A DNA stretch of 47,257 nt. It comes from Thermoanaerobaculia bacterium (lineage in GTDB: Bacteria; Acidobacteriota; Thermoanaerobaculia; Gp7-AA8). The stretch covers positions 1-47,257 of the forward strand of contig JBKJVD010000043.1 of the NCBI GenBank assembly GCA_046590585.1, in the 5' to 3' direction. Positions 1 to 9,542 of this stretch are shown piece after piece. The translations under genes and the position numbers were made by a program. Below the pieces are notes generated by a model. It did no database searches, had not been told where the DNA came from, and saw nothing but the letters and a program-made list of their open reading frames with translations. How positions within the stretch are numbered: position 1 is the first letter of the stretch; each line of letters starts with the position of its first letter.

Positions 1-1130
1 CTTCGGCCGTGGTTCGCGGTGATGGTGCTTTCCACCGCCGATTCGATTTCGCGAAGGTAGAGTTGCAGTGCCCGGTGCGCCGTGGCATCAGGCGCGGTTT
101 CGAATGCCACAGTCAGGACCAGGCCATCCAGGCTCTGGGGATTGACCGGTGCGCTGAGCACGGAGACTACGGTCTCGGCTGCGATCGGCTCCCTGCGCTC
201 ACCAAACGGGGTGGTGAGCTGGGGGCGCACGATCATCCAGGGGAGATTCATCCGTTTCACGAATCCCTCGAGATGTACCTGAAGAGCCGATGCGAAGTCT
301 TCCGTGACTCGCCCGAGGGAGACGATCAGTTGCGGATTGTTCTGGTGACCGACGGCGCTGAAGCTCGCCAGCACTGCACCCGGGATTGCGAGAGCGGCGG
401 GTAGGATGGTCCGCACGACGTCGAGATCGGATTCGGAGAGGACCGGCTTGCCGATGAACTGAGCCAGCTGGCGGCGGGAGATGTAAAGGCGTGATGCCTC
501 CACGGCCGCCAGTGCGAAAGGCGACAGCGGCTGGCCCGCGAGCGGCTGCCCGGGAGATGGCTGTGCCGGCGGCGCAGCAGGCGGAGGATTGAACGATGGC
601 ATCATCGAGTTCGCAGCTGGGGGCATGGAGATCGACCGCGCTCCCGCCGGCTCTTCGACCAGTGCGATCGGACCGACCCCGAACAGCCCTTTCGAACCGA
701 GGAGAGTGAGGACGTCTCCTGCGATCTTCCGGGCCGCGTCGAGATCCGCAGCCTCGAACGGCTTGCGGCCGGCCTTGTCGCGCATGTCGATGAAACCAAT
801 TAGTCGGCCGCGCGTGAAGAACGGAACCGCCAGCAGCCGGTCGGTATCCTGCCTGAACAGCATCTCGGCGAACCGCGGATCGGAGTTGAGTCCGTTCACC
901 AGAAACGCATCGCGACGCACGATCATCCGGTCGACGAGATCATCCGAGGCACCGAGTTGCCGGCGATCCGTCACCGTGTATTGATAACTGGTGACCAGCT
1001 CGAACTTCTTGTCGTTCAGGTCGAGCGAGGAGGTCAGATACATCGCCGCCTTCGTCGCCTGAACATCCTCGAGGCACTTGTAAAGGATTTCCTTGAGCTG
1101 AGGTTCGAGTGCTTTGATGTCTGCGAGCAT
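1..1130 (-). CDS. GAF-domain-like signalling protein, 3'-truncated at window edge
   Basis: Not in the ORF track. Read manually from ATG 1130 (MLADIKALEPQLKEILYKCLEDVQATKAAMYL...DPRFAEMLFRQDTDRLLAVPFFTRGRLIGFIDMRDKAGRKPFEAADL), open to base 1. GAF-like 'LLAVPF..GRLIGFID..PF...DL' pattern followed by a Pro-rich linker. Confidence 0.8.
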   Translation of the reverse strand, partial: MLADIKALEPQLKEILYKCLEDVQATKAAMYLTSSLDLNDKKFELVTSYQYTVTDRRQLGASDDLVDRMIVRRDAFLVNGLNSDPRFAEMLFRQDTDRLLAVPFFTRGRLIGFIDMRDKAGRKPFEAADLDAARKIAGDVLTLLGSKGLFGVGPIALVEEPAGARSISMPPAANSMMPSFNPPPAAPPAQPSPGQPLAGQPLSPFALAAVEASRLYISRRQLAQFIGKPVLSESDLDVVRTILPAALAIPGAVLASFSAVGHQNNPQLIVSLGRVTEDFASALQVHLEGFVKRMNLPWMIVRPQLTTPFGERREPIAAETVVSVLSAPVNPQSLDGLVLTVAFETAPDATAHRALQLYLREIESAVESTITANHGR

Positions 1131-1330
1131 GGGCCGTTGAAAGTGTAGGGGGAGGGAACCAAATCGGCAACAGGCATCCATGCCCGGCAGCTGAACCTGG
1201 CGGTTCGAGCTCCCGCGCTGAGGTGTTTTACTGGATAGTCACCTCACCACCGGCACGAGGATAAAATCCGTTTCGAACTACGACGAACGCGTCCGCTTCG
1301 GATTAAGGCGTGAACGCCAGGCTACTGAAG

Positions 1331-2199
1331 ATGAAACCGAGGAAACAGACATCGATGGCATTCGTGATTGTGTCGCTGCTCGTTGCAGCGACGTCGTTCG
1401 CAGCCGCGCCGGTTCGCATCACGCTGCGTATGGTCCCCCAGGCGGTCGACGGCGCACCGGTCGTGGCGACGCTGACAATCGCGAATACATCCACCCGCGT
1501 CGTGATACTCGAGGCGCTCGATCCCCGCAACATTCGTTTCGACGTCAACAAAACGCACGACGAGCACAGCGGCAAGTGGGTACTCCACTACGAGCGCGCC
1601 CTCGTCAACGCCGTCGCGAAGCCGGCGCCGGTGAGCGTGCGCTGAAGTTCGCGGAAGACAATCCGCGCTTCACGTACACGGCGCCGCTCTTGTCGGCGCT
1701 GGTCACTCGCACCGGCGGGGACATCGGTCTGCGTATCGCCGATTTCATCCTCCGCGAATATCCACAGACCCAGTACGCAGTCGTCGCAACGCACGCGCGC
1801 GAAGCGATGATGCGGCAGAAGAGCGGGGCAAATCGGAAGGTGTCGCCACGGGCGACGGGCCCGGCGGCACTACGTTCGACAGCTGCTTCTGAGACACCGC
1901 GACCGGCAGAGACCAGCACTGCGTTCATGGTCGGGGGTGAGGTAAGCGCCCCCATCGTGATCTCCAGAGCGAATGCTGTCATCACGAAAGACATGAAGTG
2001 CCGCGGTCTCGTGATGATCGCCGCGATCATAGACACTGCGGGCCGGCCGACGCATATCGTTGATCTGAGTCGATCGCCTGATGCGTTCACGCACGCGCAC
2101 GCCATTGCGCTGCAATCGTGGCGATTTCGTCCAGCCACACGGCGCGGCGAGCCGGTGCCTGTGCATTTCAACCTCACGATTCAGTTGCGCTGCGTCTGA
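1331..2199 (+). pseudogene. Secreted TonB C-terminal-domain protein split by a frameshift (1331-1645 and ~1576-2199)
   Basis: The first frame carries the signal peptide and stops at 1645. The overlapping -1 frame ends in a TonB-C signature (VGGEVSAP...IIDTAGRP...WRFRPATRRGEPVPVHFNLTIQL). Confidence 0.6.
1342..1410 (+). repeat. 69-bp signal-peptide-coding duplication, copy 1 (copy 2 at 2245-2313)
   Basis: 65/69 identical to 2245-2313 by manual alignment. Confidence 0.9.
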
Positions 2200-2242
2200 T
2201 TGCGCATCACCAGCGATGGTAATCTCTGGCACTTCCATCGCC

Positions 2243-2938
2243 ATGAAACAGACATCGATCGCATTCGTGGTTGTGTCGCTGCTCGTTGCAGCGACGTCGT
2301 TTGCCGCCGCGCCCGCACGGCAGCCGCCGTCGGCGCTGGTGAAGTATCTGCGCGCTGCTGCACCACGCGCCGCGATCGACTGTGGCGTCGGACGAGACGA
2401 ACGGACCGACAGGACGCTCTACCAGTGCGGGGCCGCGGCCGTCGTCCGCGGTGAGCCGTTCTACTGCGTGCTCCTGCCCTGGCCGGGTCCGCAATCGGAT
2501 ATTGAGGTTGCCGCCGCACAACAATCGGCGATCAGTTACGTCTTTGACGCGCGCGTCATCAGTGCCGTGAAGCAGCAAACGGAAACAACGTTTCGGATGA
2601 CGCCCGTCTGGCGAATAGGCGAGCGGCCTGTCCAACCAGTACGCCTGCTGCGCGGGATACACCCCCCGCGCTTCAGAACGACCGCACGACCCGCGGCGCC
2701 CCTGCCGGGAACAGTCGTGCTCGAAGCTGCCATCGCTTCTGATGGCCACGTTTCATCTATCCGTGTCCTGAAGAGTTTGTCACCTGCGCTCGATGCCGCC
2801 GCGAGCACTCTCGTCCGTCAATCGGTCCAGGAACCGGCACGGCTCTTCGGAATCGGTGTGCCTGCGATCGTGACCATCGCCGTCGATGTGGCCAGCGGGC
2901 TTCCGTCGATTCGACCAGCATCCAGCGGCACCCCATAA
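2243..2938 (+). CDS. Secreted protein with TonB C-terminal-like domain
   Basis: Signal peptide MKQTSIAFVVVSLLVAATSFA. C-terminal GTVVLEAAIASDGHVSSIRVLKSLSPALDAAA...PARLFG is TonB-C-like. Confidence 0.75.
   Translation: MKQTSIAFVVVSLLVAATSFAAAPARQPPSALVKYLRAAAPRAAIDCGVGRDERTDRTLYQCGAAAVVRGEPFYCVLLPWPGPQSDIEVAAAQQSAISYVFDARVISAVKQQTETTFRMTPVWRIGERPVQPVRLLRGIHPPRFRTTARPAAPLPGTVVLEAAIASDGHVSSIRVLKSLSPALDAAASTLVRQSVQEPARLFGIGVPAIVTIAVDVASGLPSIRPASSGTP
2245..2313 (+). repeat. 69-bp signal-peptide-coding duplication, copy 2
   Basis: 65/69 identical to 1342-1410. Confidence 0.9.
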
Positions 2939-3096
2939 CGATCAAAGTCGCAGCGTCGACGTCGTCTGCAGCTAATCGGCTCGGCCTCGCGCCGGGCGCG
3001 TACTACTGACGAGTGTAAGAAACGGACGGCGCTCGCGATCGGGAATCGTTTGGAATAAGCAGCTGGGGCGGCCCAGTTACCGGCCGTGAGACGCGC

Positions 3097-3125
3097 TTGA
3101 CAGTGACGGCGACCGTGACTATCCT
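3097..3125 (+). promoter_or_regulatory. sigma70-type promoter of tRNA-Gly
   Basis: TTGACA-N17-TATCCT, 12 nt upstream of the tRNA. Confidence 0.8.
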
Positions 3126-3137
3126 ACGCCTCCCGCT

Positions 3138-3213
<76 letters not shown>

Positions 3214-3225
3214 ACGACAACAAGC

Positions 3226-3262
3226 AGAGGCTGCACGGCAACGTGCGGCCTCTTTTTTGTTT
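3226..3262 (+). terminator. Intrinsic terminator after tRNA-Gly
   Basis: AGAGGCTGCACG-GCAA-CGTGCGGCCTCT hairpin followed by a T-run. Confidence 0.85.
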
Positions 3263-3279
3263 ACGCCGAACAGTATGTT

Positions 3280-3702
3280 TTACGCCGTCCATCTCCACGG
3301 TCGCCTCGCATCGGCCGTCGGACGAAACGCATCGGTGAATCGGGTGAGTGCGAAACGCCAGCCGGTCCAGTGGATGGAGACGATGTCGTACCGGATCTGC
3401 AGACCGCTCAGATCACGCCTTGATGCGACCAGTTGATCGGCAGCGCGGATCAGCCTCAGGCGCTTTTCGCGGTCGACCTGAACGTGCCCCTCACCCCCCG
3501 AGGCGCTTTGCCGGGTCTTGACCTCGACGATCACGAGCATCCGCCCGCGGCGAACGACGAGATCGAGTTCCGCGCCGCGGAGTTTCAGGTTCGCCGCGAC
3601 GATCCGGTAACCGCGAAGGCGGTAGTGGAGCCGCGCGCGCAATTCTCCGGCGCGGCCGAGGTCGGTCGACGAGAATCTGCGGGGGCGGAACAGGGGCAAC
3701 AC
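3280..3702 (-). CDS. yraN: YraN family (UPF0102) putative endonuclease
   Basis: LGRAGE..A..H...GYRIVAAN...ELDLV...LVIVEVKTR...RYDIV pattern. Confidence 0.9.
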   Translation of the reverse strand: MLPLFRPRRFSSTDLGRAGELRARLHYRLRGYRIVAANLKLRGAELDLVVRRGRMLVIVEVKTRQSASGGEGHVQVDREKRLRLIRAADQLVASRRDLSGLQIRYDIVSIHWTGWRFALTRFTDAFRPTADARRPWRWTA

Positions 3703-3708
3703 GGCGGT

Positions 3709-5517
3709 CTACTTCCTGTGAAAGTGACGTTCGATGTCGAGGTGACGGATGTCGACGATGATCGGCCGGCCGTGAGGGCAGGCATACGGGTTCGATGAGG
3801 CCAGCAGTTCCCCGACCAGCCGCGCCATCTCATCGCCTCCGAGAGGACGATGGACCTTGATGGCGGCCTGGCAGGCCAGGGATGCACAGACCTTTTCGCG
3901 AACCGCGATCACGTGGGAGCGCTTCTCGTCGGAGGATGCATCGATCAGCTTGCGCAGGAAAAGGCCGATGTCGTTCCGCACGAGTTCGGGAGGCACTGCG
4001 GAGATGGCGAACGTGTTTCCCGAGAAGCGTTCGATGTCGAAGCCGACGGAGCGGAGTTCGTCGATATGCGATTCGAGAACGGCGCACTCAGAAGCCCCGG
4101 CCTCGTACAGCATCGGGATGAGAAGGCTCTGCGACTCCGCCGCGTGCATTTCGGCGCGCGCCCAGTAACGGTCGTACAGCACGCGCTCGTGCGCAACGTG
4201 CTGATCGACCAGGCGCAGACCTCCAGGGATGTCGAGAAGGATGTAACTCATCCGGTACTGGCCGATGACCCGGCCCTGAAGATCGCCGAGGTCGGGAGCG
4301 GCATCGTCGAGAGCGCGCAGGTCGGGTTGAGCCAGCGCCGCTGACTGGGACGGCAGCGGTGGTTGCACGAGCGGGCTGGAACGAAACAGGGGCGAGAGGA
4401 GAGCGGCGTCCGAGACCCTCCCCGACATCGCCTCCATTGCAGCATGAAGAATCGGTTGCGAGGCCGACAGCGCCGTGAGCCGTCCGGCAGCCGGAGCATC
4501 GTCATTCGCCGCCAGCAGTTCGCGCCCTTCCTCCGCTCCGCCAAGTGCCTTGCGGATCGCGTTTTCCACGACGACGTGGACGCGACCCGAATCCCGGAAA
4601 CGGACTTCGGTCTTGGCCGGGTGCACGTTCACGTCAACCAGGTCGGGCGGCATGTCGACAAAGAGAATGATCGCGGGATGACCGTCGAAGTCGAAGGCAA
4701 CTGCCGCCCGGTTCGCCGCATGAGTCAGCACGCGATCCTTGACGAGGCGGCCGTTGACGAAGAAGTACTGATTCCGCCTGCTTCCGAACCGGAGACCGCG
4801 CGTGACGAAGCCTGTGGCGCGCGTCTCGCCGTATTCTCCATCCACGCACTCCAGCGAATCGGCCACGTCGTTTCCCAGAATCTGCAGCACCCTCTCTCTG
4901 GACGAACTGGCCGCGGGGAGGTCGAGGACCACCCGACCGTTGTGCTCGACGCGCACGGCAATGGACGGCATCGGCAGCGCGTAGGAGGTGACGATGCTGA
5001 TGATCGCGCGAAACTCCGCGTCGGCGCTCTTGAGGAACTTGCGGCGTGCCGGGACGTTTTCGAACAGACCGGCGACGATGATGGTCGTCCCCCGGTCGCG
5101 TGCGGCCGGCCGCACGCTCCGTTCGCCCGTGAGGGGGTCGCAGGAGAGTTCCACGCCGTGAGGTGCCACACCATCCCAGGTCGTGAGCAGGAAGCGGGAA
5201 ACACTCGCGATTGAGGGGAGCGCTTCTCCGCGAAACCCGAGCGTGCGGACGTGGGTGAGATCGTCGAAGTCGCGGATTTTCGAAGTGGCGTGGCGCTCGA
5301 TGGCAAGAATCGCATCGTCTTCGCTCATCCCGGTGCCGTCGTCCCGGATCTCGATCCGCTTCCGTCCTCCGTGTTCGAGAATCACATCGATCACAGTCGC
5401 TCCTGCATCGATCGCGTTCTCGATTAACTCCTTGACGACCGAGGAGGGACGCTCGACCACTTCACCAGCGGCGATCTGATTGATGAGATCGGACGGGAGC
5501 AGTTGCACGCGCGGCAT
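3709..5517 (-). CDS. mutL: DNA mismatch repair endonuclease MutL
   Basis: NQIAAGEVVERPSSVVKELIENAIDAGA, GFRGEAL, DVNVHPAK, DQHVAHER, AC, CPHGRP motifs. Start at 5517 is preferred because 5526 overlaps a -10 box. Confidence 0.97.
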   Translation of the reverse strand: MPRVQLLPSDLINQIAAGEVVERPSSVVKELIENAIDAGATVIDVILEHGGRKRIEIRDDGTGMSEDDAILAIERHATSKIRDFDDLTHVRTLGFRGEALPSIASVSRFLLTTWDGVAPHGVELSCDPLTGERSVRPAARDRGTTIIVAGLFENVPARRKFLKSADAEFRAIISIVTSYALPMPSIAVRVEHNGRVVLDLPAASSSRERVLQILGNDVADSLECVDGEYGETRATGFVTRGLRFGSRRNQYFFVNGRLVKDRVLTHAANRAAVAFDFDGHPAIILFVDMPPDLVDVNVHPAKTEVRFRDSGRVHVVVENAIRKALGGAEEGRELLAANDDAPAAGRLTALSASQPILHAAMEAMSGRVSDAALLSPLFRSSPLVQPPLPSQSAALAQPDLRALDDAAPDLGDLQGRVIGQYRMSYILLDIPGGLRLVDQHVAHERVLYDRYWARAEMHAAESQSLLIPMLYEAGASECAVLESHIDELRSVGFDIERFSGNTFAISAVPPELVRNDIGLFLRKLIDASSDEKRSHVIAVREKVCASLACQAAIKVHRPLGGDEMARLVGELLASSNPYACPHGRPIIVDIRHLDIERHFHRK

Positions 5518-5651
5518 CGCGGCCATTATGAAGGAGGACGACGGTGGACGCGCCCACCCCTCGGAGGCGTGCAGGAGATTCCTGCCTGCAGCGCGACCGC
5601 TGACTCAATTTCACTACAGATCGTAGAGAGGAGAGGACGGAGGTGCACGAC

Positions 5652-5667
5652 GGGCACAACGGTTGCT
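5652..5667 (+). promoter_or_regulatory. sigma54-like -24/-12 motif
   Basis: GGGCAC-AACGG-TTGCT upstream of a small membrane ORF. Confidence 0.45.
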
Positions 5668-5680
5668 CGAAGGCCGAGGC

Positions 5681-5872
5681 ATGAAAGACAATCGCAGAAT
5701 GATCCGCAGAACTGGAGGATTGATCGGGCTCGTGATTGCCCTTTCGCTTGCGCTGGCGCTGGTCTGGCGGGTTTACGTGCACCACAAGCGAGCAGATCAT
5801 CGCGACGAGCCGGCGGTAGTCTTGTTCACGCTGCCGTCAGATTCCGTAAAAAGTTCCGCGCGGCTGGCGTAA
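5681..5872 (+). CDS. Small single-pass membrane protein
   Basis: One hydrophobic helix (GLIGLVIALSLALALVWRVYV). Start may be 5681 or 5699. Confidence 0.5.
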   Translation: MKDNRRMIRRTGGLIGLVIALSLALALVWRVYVHHKRADHRDEPAVVLFTLPSDSVKSSARLA

Positions 5873-5901
5873 AATACTGAGCAACCGCTCATTCCTGTTT
5901 G

Positions 5902-5917
5902 TGGCACGCTCACTGCT
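5902..5917 (+). promoter_or_regulatory. sigma54-like -24/-12 motif
   Basis: TGGCAC-GCTCA-CTGCT, ~30 nt upstream of the BON gene ATG. Confidence 0.55.
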
Positions 5918-5945
5918 GAGGCAGAGGCCAGGAGATTCAAATAAC

Positions 5946-6434
5946 ATGGTCCGTACCCGATCCGCCATTGCCGCCACCCTCCTCGCTACGTTCGTCTCGA
6001 CTGGCCTCTTTGCAGCCACCTCGGTCAAGCAGCCGCAGGCGCGCAATCTGACCAGCGACTTCCGCACGGCCGGCTCCTCGGTCGAGCGCCTCGAGGTCTA
6101 CGAGATCGGCGGCATCGTCATCATCCGCGGCCGGACTGCCAGCAAGGCCGAGGCGGCAGAGGCGGGAGTCATTGCATCCTCACTCGGGTATCGCCGGGTT
6201 GCCAACCTCGTTCAGATCACGCCGCCGAGCGACGATTCGGCGCTTCGTCGCAGGGCCGAACGGGAGTTGACGATGAACCGCTCACTCGATGGATGCATCT
6301 TTCGAGTCGATGCCCGGGCAGGGGTCGTTCATCTCGCCGGCTCGGTCCAGCATGAACTGCAGAAGGACATGGCGGTCAATCTGGTCCGCAACCTCGACGG
6401 AGTGATTTCGGTCGAGTCCGACCTGAAACGCTGA
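5946..6434 (+). CDS. Secreted tandem BON-domain (OsmY-like) protein
   Basis: Signal peptide and two BON-like repeats (GIVIIRGR...VANLVQI; VDARAGVVHLAGSV...VRNLDGVISVESDL). AGGAG RBS. Confidence 0.85.
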   Translation: MVRTRSAIAATLLATFVSTGLFAATSVKQPQARNLTSDFRTAGSSVERLEVYEIGGIVIIRGRTASKAEAAEAGVIASSLGYRRVANLVQITPPSDDSALRRRAERELTMNRSLDGCIFRVDARAGVVHLAGSVQHELQKDMAVNLVRNLDGVISVESDLKR

Positions 6435-6453
6435 CGCCCTCTTAAATTCTGAC

Positions 6454-6492
6454 AAAAAAACGCAGGCCTGAGTTCCGATGAACTCAGGCCTG
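6454..6492 (-). terminator. Intrinsic terminator between convergent genes
   Basis: 13-bp stem CAGGCCTGAGTTC/GAACTCAGGCCTG with A7 on the left (U-tract on the minus strand). Confidence 0.85.
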
Positions 6493-6520
6493 AATCGTTT
6501 CTGGACGATGCTGCGACAGA

Positions 6521-7825
6521 CTACCTCGCAGTCCGGATGGCGAACCGCACCTTGGAACCGCGAAGCTCGTCGGGACCGGTGATTGTCTTGGCGTAGATCA
6601 CACTCAGGTAAACGTCGAAGTCGCGGATGGTGATGGAGGTTTCTGCGCCGAGTCCCGCATCGACGGTGAGACGGTCGGCGTCGGTGATCTGGTCATAGTC
6701 GAATCCGACCGTGCCGGCACCCACATACCCGATTCCGTAGAGGTTCGTGAAATGCATCAGCCAGGCTTTGTAGTCCCGGTTGCGGAAGATGGGGACGAAC
6801 AGTTCGTTCGTGACGTGAATCTCGTTGCTGCCCTGGGCCGATTTGTCGTTCGCGATCGATTTCAGTGCTTCGCGCCCGCCTAGCTTGAAAAGCTCATAGC
6901 GAGGAATGCTGTAGCGTTCCAGGTCATCGAACTCGGGTCCGCGGATCTCGTCCTTGACGAGGAATGAGCCGACGTGGAGCCGTGAGAAGACGAACGAAGT
7001 TGAGGTCAGGTCGAAACGGCGGAGTGTTTCAGCTTCCAGTTTTGCGTAGTGATAATCGCCCGTGCCGATGTCGTCGGAGTAGGTGACCGCCGCGGCGAAG
7101 CCGCCTTTCTGCGAGCCAATGTCGCGAAACGCGGTGAGGACCGGAGCGAGCCTTCCCCGCGATTCTCCGACGATCGCATTCAGCCGCTCGTCGAACTGGG
7201 TTCCGTGCTGATAGCCGATCTTCGTGTAGACGTTGTTCTTGCGATTGTCGACCTGGGTGAGGTCGCCGAACGTGAGCCGGTCGTCCTGGAGCAGCCAGAA
7301 GTAGCGGTTGTTGTAGTTTCGCGGAATGCCGAGCAGCAGCAGTCCACCGCGCACCCGCTCGAACTCCAGCGTGCTGTTGTCCCCGAGTTCTGGAAACTGG
7401 ATCGAGTCGAAGACGCCGAGGCGGTAGGTGTAGTTGCGTGCGTAGTATTTGTAGCGGAGGTACGTACTGATGTCGCCGTTGACGAAGTTGTATTCGATCT
7501 GGCTTTCGAAGAGCACGTTGCGGATCAGCTTTCTGAGCCGGACGCTGGCCTCGCCCTCGGGCAGATAGATGTTGACGTTCGGGAGCCCGTCGCGTCGCTC
7601 GTAGGCGCTGCTGGCGGCATCCGACAACACGGAGGATGCCGGAGTTGGCGCGGCGACCGGAACATCGGCAGTTTCGGCCTCCTCTTCGGCAGTTTTCGCC
7701 TCGTCGGCCGGAGCGGTGGAGGTAAGGGGAGGAACAGGCGCGGGATCGGGTGTCTGGGCCACGATGTGGCTGGCGACGGACAGAATTACGACCAGGGCGG
7801 CCGCGCGTACTGGGCTCGATAGCAT
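6521..7825 (-). CDS. Outer-membrane beta-barrel protein, Omp85/BamA-TamA C-terminal-like
   Basis: Signal peptide, low-complexity linker and alternating beta-strand pattern. RYELFKLGGREALKS resembles the Omp85 'F.lGG..slRG' loop. VDAGLGA lies near the C-terminus. GGAGGA RBS. Confidence 0.6.
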   Translation of the reverse strand: MLSSPVRAAALVVILSVASHIVAQTPDPAPVPPLTSTAPADEAKTAEEEAETADVPVAAPTPASSVLSDAASSAYERRDGLPNVNIYLPEGEASVRLRKLIRNVLFESQIEYNFVNGDISTYLRYKYYARNYTYRLGVFDSIQFPELGDNSTLEFERVRGGLLLLGIPRNYNNRYFWLLQDDRLTFGDLTQVDNRKNNVYTKIGYQHGTQFDERLNAIVGESRGRLAPVLTAFRDIGSQKGGFAAAVTYSDDIGTGDYHYAKLEAETLRRFDLTSTSFVFSRLHVGSFLVKDEIRGPEFDDLERYSIPRYELFKLGGREALKSIANDKSAQGSNEIHVTNELFVPIFRNRDYKAWLMHFTNLYGIGYVGAGTVGFDYDQITDADRLTVDAGLGAETSITIRDFDVYLSVIYAKTITGPDELRGSKVRFAIRTAR

Positions 7826-8000
7826 GAAACGGGTTCCTCCGTGGAAGCGCCGATTGACGCGGCGCGACACAACCTATGGTAAACTCAACCGGTTGAAAGG
7901 TTTATGCACTTAGTGGATCCTCGTATTGGCATAAGCTTTGTAAGTCGCGAGGATTATAGCTACGGACGTATACCGTGCGAAGCTCCTGAGGAGGTGGATT

Positions 8001-9470
8001 TTGTTGCGTCTCAAACATCGACTGCTGTTGGCCGTGGTTTCTTTCCTCGTCGTTGTGCCTGTGTTCGCGCAGGACGCCATGATGACTACGACGATGGATA
8101 CGACGATGACGAGAGAGAATCAACTCTCTCTTCTCGCGCCGAGTTCGTCCGGGCAGACAGGACTATTCACCGTAGTCACCGCTGACACCTTGCGTCACGG
8201 CGATCTGTCGTTCGGCGTCTACTATCAAAACTGGGATCTGACCGCGGGCGAGGCTCGCGACTTCGCTCCGCCCTCGGCGCGCGATTACAACGATCTCAGC
8301 TACGACCTCTACCGTCTCAGCGGCTCGATCGGCTACGGTCTGACCGACCGGTGGGAAGTCAGCGCAATGCTTCCGTTCGATCGGATCTCGGCGAACGGTG
8401 GCGATCGCGTTGGCTACATCAACGGATTCCTCTACGACGGACACATCTCCGACAGCGGAATCGGCAACGTCCGGCTGGCGACGAAGTTCGCAGTCACTCC
8501 GGTGGACAACCCGACGCGCTTCGCGCTTTCAATCTTCGCCGATCTCCCGACCGGTGACGAAGAAGGCGGAATCGCGACCGGCAGCGGCGCCTTCGGCGTC
8601 GGAGGTCACTGGACCCGCGGGATCGCTACCCTCGGTGGCTCGTATGTCGTCAATGGCGACCGCAGCGAGTCCGACCGCAACGACGGCTCCTTCAACGGGG
8701 ACTTTTCAGTTCCCAACGAAGTGCACATCGACGGCGGTCTGAACATCCCGCTGAGCCGTTTCGGAACGACGAACTGGATCAACGAACTGAATGCAGTCGT
8801 CTACACCGGGGGTGATCGCACTCCTGATTCGCCAATCTTCCTGACCACCGGCTTCCGCCACTGGTTTGGACAGAGCGGCTGGGCACTCAGCGCCGGTGCG
8901 CGCTGGAATGCCGCCAAGTTCTTCAACGAGCACGACGAATGCCGGTTCACGGAACTCGATGACTGCGCGTTGTCGGGCCTGGTCGGGCTGACGTTCGCGC
9001 CGTTCCACCTTGCTGCTGCAGCGCCGCCAGCGCCTCCTGCTCCGTCCCCGGTTCCGCCGCCGCCAGCACCAGAAGCGGCTCCGGTACCGCCGCCCGAGCA
9101 GCCAGTTGCCCCGCCGCGCGAGCCGCAGGAACTGCGCAACGACGAGATTCACTTCGAGCCGGGTTCGGCCCGTCTCACCAACATCGCCAAGGCGATCCTC
9201 GACGACGTGGCGCTCCGCATGAAGCAGGAGCCGACGGCGACGGCGCTCGTCATTGGTTACACGGATGATCGCGAGAACACCGGCGCCAACGCCGATCTCG
9301 ATCGCCGTCGTGCAGAAGCGGTCCGCGACTACCTCGTGAGCCGCCATGGTATCGACGCATCGCGGATCACGGTCGAAGGCCGGAACGGTCGCGAGCCGAT
9401 CGGTGACAATGCAACGGCAGAAGGCCGCCTGCGCAACCGCCGTGTCGTCATCCGTCTCGTCCTGCCGTAA
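8001..9470 (+). CDS. OmpA-family protein (N-terminal beta-barrel, Pro-rich linker, OmpA C-terminal peptidoglycan-binding domain)
   Basis: IHFEPGSARL, IGYTDD, RRAEAVRDYL, GRLRNRRV. GAGGAGG RBS. Confidence 0.9.
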   Translation: MLRLKHRLLLAVVSFLVVVPVFAQDAMMTTTMDTTMTRENQLSLLAPSSSGQTGLFTVVTADTLRHGDLSFGVYYQNWDLTAGEARDFAPPSARDYNDLSYDLYRLSGSIGYGLTDRWEVSAMLPFDRISANGGDRVGYINGFLYDGHISDSGIGNVRLATKFAVTPVDNPTRFALSIFADLPTGDEEGGIATGSGAFGVGGHWTRGIATLGGSYVVNGDRSESDRNDGSFNGDFSVPNEVHIDGGLNIPLSRFGTTNWINELNAVVYTGGDRTPDSPIFLTTGFRHWFGQSGWALSAGARWNAAKFFNEHDECRFTELDDCALSGLVGLTFAPFHLAAAAPPAPPAPSPVPPPPAPEAAPVPPPEQPVAPPREPQELRNDEIHFEPGSARLTNIAKAILDDVALRMKQEPTATALVIGYTDDRENTGANADLDRRRAEAVRDYLVSRHGIDASRITVEGRNGREPIGDNATAEGRLRNRRVVIRLVLP

Positions 9471-9495
9471 GGTTTCTCTCTGTTCTTCAATCCCC

Positions 9496-9528
9496 GGCCC
9501 CCGCGAAGTCTCGCGGGGGCCTTTTTTT
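9496..9528 (+). terminator. Intrinsic terminator
   Basis: GGCCCCCGCGA-AGTC-TCGCGGGGGCC followed by T7. Confidence 0.9.
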
Positions 9529-9542
9529 ATCCCGGAGGCTGT

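Noticed and set aside
2227-2242. sigma54-like TGGCAC-N5-TCGC before the second TonB-C gene
   Set aside because: It abuts the ATG, so transcription would start inside the ORF.
6473-6489. 16/17 match TTCCGATGAACTSAGGC with 35261-35277
   Set aside because: Short, and the first copy is part of a terminator stem, so it is probably coincidental.
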